A stretch of 64,000 nt of DNA from Macrostomum lignano (taxonomy: Eukaryota), in contig NIVC01000393.1 in NCBI GenBank assembly GCA_002269645.1, positions 545,497-609,496 of the forward strand. Reading direction: 5' to 3'. Below the pieces are notes generated by a model. The model did not search any database. It saw nothing but the letters and a program-made list of their open reading frames with translations, and was not told the DNA's origin. Position 1 is the stretch's first letter. Each line of letters begins with the position of its first letter. The translations under genes were made by a program, and so were the position numbers. Positions 1 to 64,000 of this stretch are shown here, piece after piece.

Positions 1-241
1 TCGGAGTTCGGCAGCTTCTCACCGTGATTGCCGTGGCTCTGGCCGCACCAGCAGGCGTTGCCGCCCTGCAGGCCAAGAAATTTGGTGTCCCAGGCTACGC
101 AGGTTTTCAAACAGGCTGCCAGAGTCATCTCGGTGCTGCGCTTTCCCATGATCGGCAGGTCACGGGCGTGGGGCCGGTCCGGATAGCAACCGACCAGCTC
201 GGTGTTGTGGGTCTTGACCTTTTTGAAGAACTTCTTGATTC
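1..241 (-). CDS. WSC-domain protein, coding exon 2 (continues beyond window start)
   Basis: Acceptor ctcttacag| at 243-242, phase 1. Translates (R)IKKFFKKVKTHNTELVGCYPDRPHARDLPIMGKRSTEMTLAACLKTCVAWDTKFLGLQGGNACWCGQSHGNHGEKLPNS, matching the WSC pattern GCY-D...RDL...MT..C...C...F.GLQ.G..CWCG. Missed by the ORF track because it lacks an ATG. Confidence 0.85.
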
Positions 242-279
242 CTGTAAGAGGGAGTTTATACACCTTTTAACGGTCTTTT

Positions 280-665
280 GAGGGTGCTTGACTGGGGTTG
301 GCGGAGTGGGGTGGGGTGCCGGAGTTTATGAGGGTGTTTGACTGGGGTTGGCGGAGTGGGGTGGGGGTGCCGGAGTTTATGAGGGTGTCTGACTGGGATT
401 GGCGGATGGGGTGGGGGTGCCGGAGTTTATGAGGGTGTCTAACTGGGATTGGCAGAGTGGGGTGGGGTGTATGAGCTAGGGTGTCTAACTGGGATTGGCA
501 GAGTGGGGTGGGGTGTATGAGCTAGGGTGTTTTACTGAGATTGGCAGAGTGGGGTGGGTGTATGAGCTAGGGTGTTTTACTTGGATTGGCGGAGTGGGGT
601 GGGTGTATGAGCTAGAGTGTTTTACTACTGAGATTGGCGGAGTGGGTTGGGTGCCGGATTTTTTA
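280..665. repeat. G-rich intronic minisatellite, ~50-bp unit
   Basis: About 7 copies of gagggtgtttgactggggttggcggagtggggtggggtgccggagtttat, diverging distally. Confidence 0.85.
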
Positions 666-792
666 GGGTGTTTGTTTGATGTTTGGCGGAAGGGAGCCAC
701 AGTTCTTGAGTCATTGATCCTTTTTCAAACTCACGAGCTAAATGTACATGTATAGCTACTTAATAATCACAACGTAGCTTCGTAAAACTTAC

Positions 793-892
793 TTTTAGGG
801 CAGCAATCGACGTTAGTGATTAGCTGGCAGAACACTGCACAGAGCAAGCAAATCTTGGCGAATGTTTTCAATGAACCTAATTGCGATCGCAT
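793..892 (-). CDS. WSC-domain protein, coding exon 1 (signal peptide)
   Basis: ATG at 892-890 in aatcaaaATG context; MRSQLGSLKTFAKICLLCAVFCQLITNVDCCPK plus 1 nt; donor GTAAGT at 792; phase 1 matches exon 1-241. Basic n-region and hydrophobic h-region typical of a signal peptide. Confidence 0.75.
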
Positions 893-1152
893 TTTGATTG
901 CCGCAAATTTTATCCGCAAGTGACAGTAGGTGCAGCGATGTACATCATTTGCAAAGAAGGTATACCTACTATAGAAAGTGCAAGTAAGCTCTAATAGCTG
1001 GCAAGTTTCTATTTTGTGTATCAAACCACAAATTAAATAAAAAACCGTCTATGGCGTAATCAACTTTGGTTTCAATTGAACAAGTAAATACATACCGAAT
1101 AAAAAACTCTGATTCGAGCCATTTTATCTACCTCAAGTAGACAGTTCAGGTT

Positions 1153-1519
1153 ATTTTTATTTATTATATTGCAGGGGGGTTGTGTGCACCCTGGCGCACT
1201 TTAAGCGACATAGGCACACAACCGGCGAGAGAGGCATTACTGCCCATTCCGCCGACTCCCCTGAGCAGGCAGACAAGCGCGCGGATACGTACGCAGGCAC
1301 ACGCTCACACAGGAGTGTACAGCGGCCCTAACTTTATATTATCGTTAGGCATGTACACTTCACTGCGCCTTGGGGGGTTGGCTCTCAAGGCCGTTAATTG
1401 CACGAGCAGAGCCAAGCTGAGATTCCAATTCAGCCCCAAATTAATGTGACTGCACTTGGAATCGAGCCTGGGTCGCTGGCACACCAGAGCAGCTGCGCTA
1501 CCGCTGGGCTCCGGCCCCC
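1153..1519 (-). mobile_element. tRNA-derived SINE, copy 1
   Basis: Head GGGGCCGGAGCCCAGCGGTAGCG (A-box-like) and GGCTCGATTCC (B-box-like); A-rich tail at 1153-1170; 13-bp TSD GACAGTTCAGGTT at 1140-1152 and 1520-1532; near-identical to 22061-22422. Confidence 0.85.
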
Positions 1520-2450
1520 GACAGTTCAGGTTCATCGGATATATTTTTTTCAAATAACTTTTCAAGTCGTAACAAAAAAATTCAGATTGTGGTTAACCAA
1601 AATATGATCTCCAGCAATGCTGCCGTTATGCAAAACGAAAAACCCACTGCAGAAAATGTTATGCAACTTTATTCTGTGTATTTTGCTGTTCTCAGATCAA
1701 GCGCAATAACTGGAATACAAAATAGACGAACAAAATTATCTGTAGGGGCTTCCAGCTACAACAGGTTGGGAAATTCGGTGCAAGCGATCGAACTGCGCTA
1801 CTTACAGTAGTTTTGTGAGGCGTTTATTGTTTAAATTCCTAATAGAATAAATAACACAAATAACGGAAACACTGCAGCAGCAAAGAGAAAACTGAGGCTA
1901 AAGATGAGCCGAATGATTTTACAGAGGCGTGGCAGACACAAAAAATCAATGAGAAATTCACGCGGTACACAAATTTGCCAGAAATTTGCTGTACATAAAT
2001 ACACACTTTGAAGTACTGTTCTATATTCTTACTGTTACTTCTGTACACGTACATGCTATGCTAATTATAACTCACGCTAAAGTACATGGAAAAATATAAA
2101 ATTTATGCACATGAATTCTCATTTTTAGCAGTCTTAGAAATGGAATTTCAATGTTAATATGGATAGATTTTGTCGATTGGAAATGGATTGAAATTTAACA
2201 AGCGCAAACAGATGATATTAAAGGGCAATAATATAATAAGTACTTTTGGCCGCTAATAATTTCCGCTGAAGGCTGCTCATGTTTTGCCAGTTTCAGATTC
2301 TTCTGCTTATTTCATACTTGGGAATATTTCAAAACTTGACTATATTAATATTTACGCGACATGCTAAGTGCTTTGTCTCTTGCAAAAAAGTGCATCGAGT
2401 CCTTATTTGAATTGTAACAGATGCGGACGGACAGATAGACTGTGACCTGT

Positions 2451-63589
<61,139 letters not shown>

Positions 63590-64000
63590 CTGAAAAATCG
63601 GTTTTAAGCTACTCAATTATTTAATGTCTTTCAATGTTTCAAAGAAATTCTACTCACTCAGCCGCGCATGTTACACTACTAAAAATAAGTATTCAGTAGA
63701 ATGTGAAAAATGCGTTTATTTTTATTTTTAATATACAAATTTCACACCTTAAATAGGGAAAATTACATCTATTTTTTAGATTAAGTGACCAAAGAACTTT
63801 TATATTGCAGTACAGAATGGTTGTTTAACGTGGTGATGTGTTTGAAGCTATATTAATTATTAAACTTTCGTACTTTCTCTTTAATTTGGCGTTCCCGGTC
63901 TGCTTCCGATTCAATCACGGACCAAATGCGATTAAAAAACTGGGCAAAATAGTAATATAAGTGGTAAATTCTTAGGCTTTGAAAATTTATTGAAAATTTT

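Noticed and set aside
280-665. G-quadruplex potential of the WSC intron array
   Set aside because: GGGG runs are present, but nothing distinguishes it from the many other intronic satellites functionally.

Overview
This is eukaryotic (metazoan) genomic DNA, not prokaryotic: GC-rich spliced exons sit in AT-rich introns packed with tandem repeats. The style suggests a flatworm such as Macrostomum lignano, but that is inference only. Almost the whole window (2451 to at least 63589, minus strand) is the 3' part of one giant nesprin-1/SYNE1/Msp300-like gene. I traced 38 GT-AG exons by hand (about 7,450 codons of spectrin-repeat rod) ending in a divergent KASH domain; the gene's 5' end lies beyond the window. 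Unusual inserts in this gene: a 7.7-kb exon with about 130 S-P-x-K/R repeats, an exon with FHA-like beta-rich units, candidate alternative terminal exons (KASH-less isoforms, one with LC8-type TQT motifs) and candidate internal first exons. One 9-kb intron appears to split the locus into separable N- and C-terminal units, with a complementary (GACA)n/(TGTC)n pair bracketing the terminal exon. Downstream (1-892, minus) is a small secreted WSC-domain gene whose splice junction creates a cathelicidin ATRA-like cationic motif. Also present: two near-identical tRNA-derived SINEs with TSDs, Helitron-like terminal motifs, an interstitial telomere tract, a roughly 190-unit GATA array and about 30 intron-private minisatellites. 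Exon boundaries, phases and counts were worked out manually and need RNA-seq confirmation.
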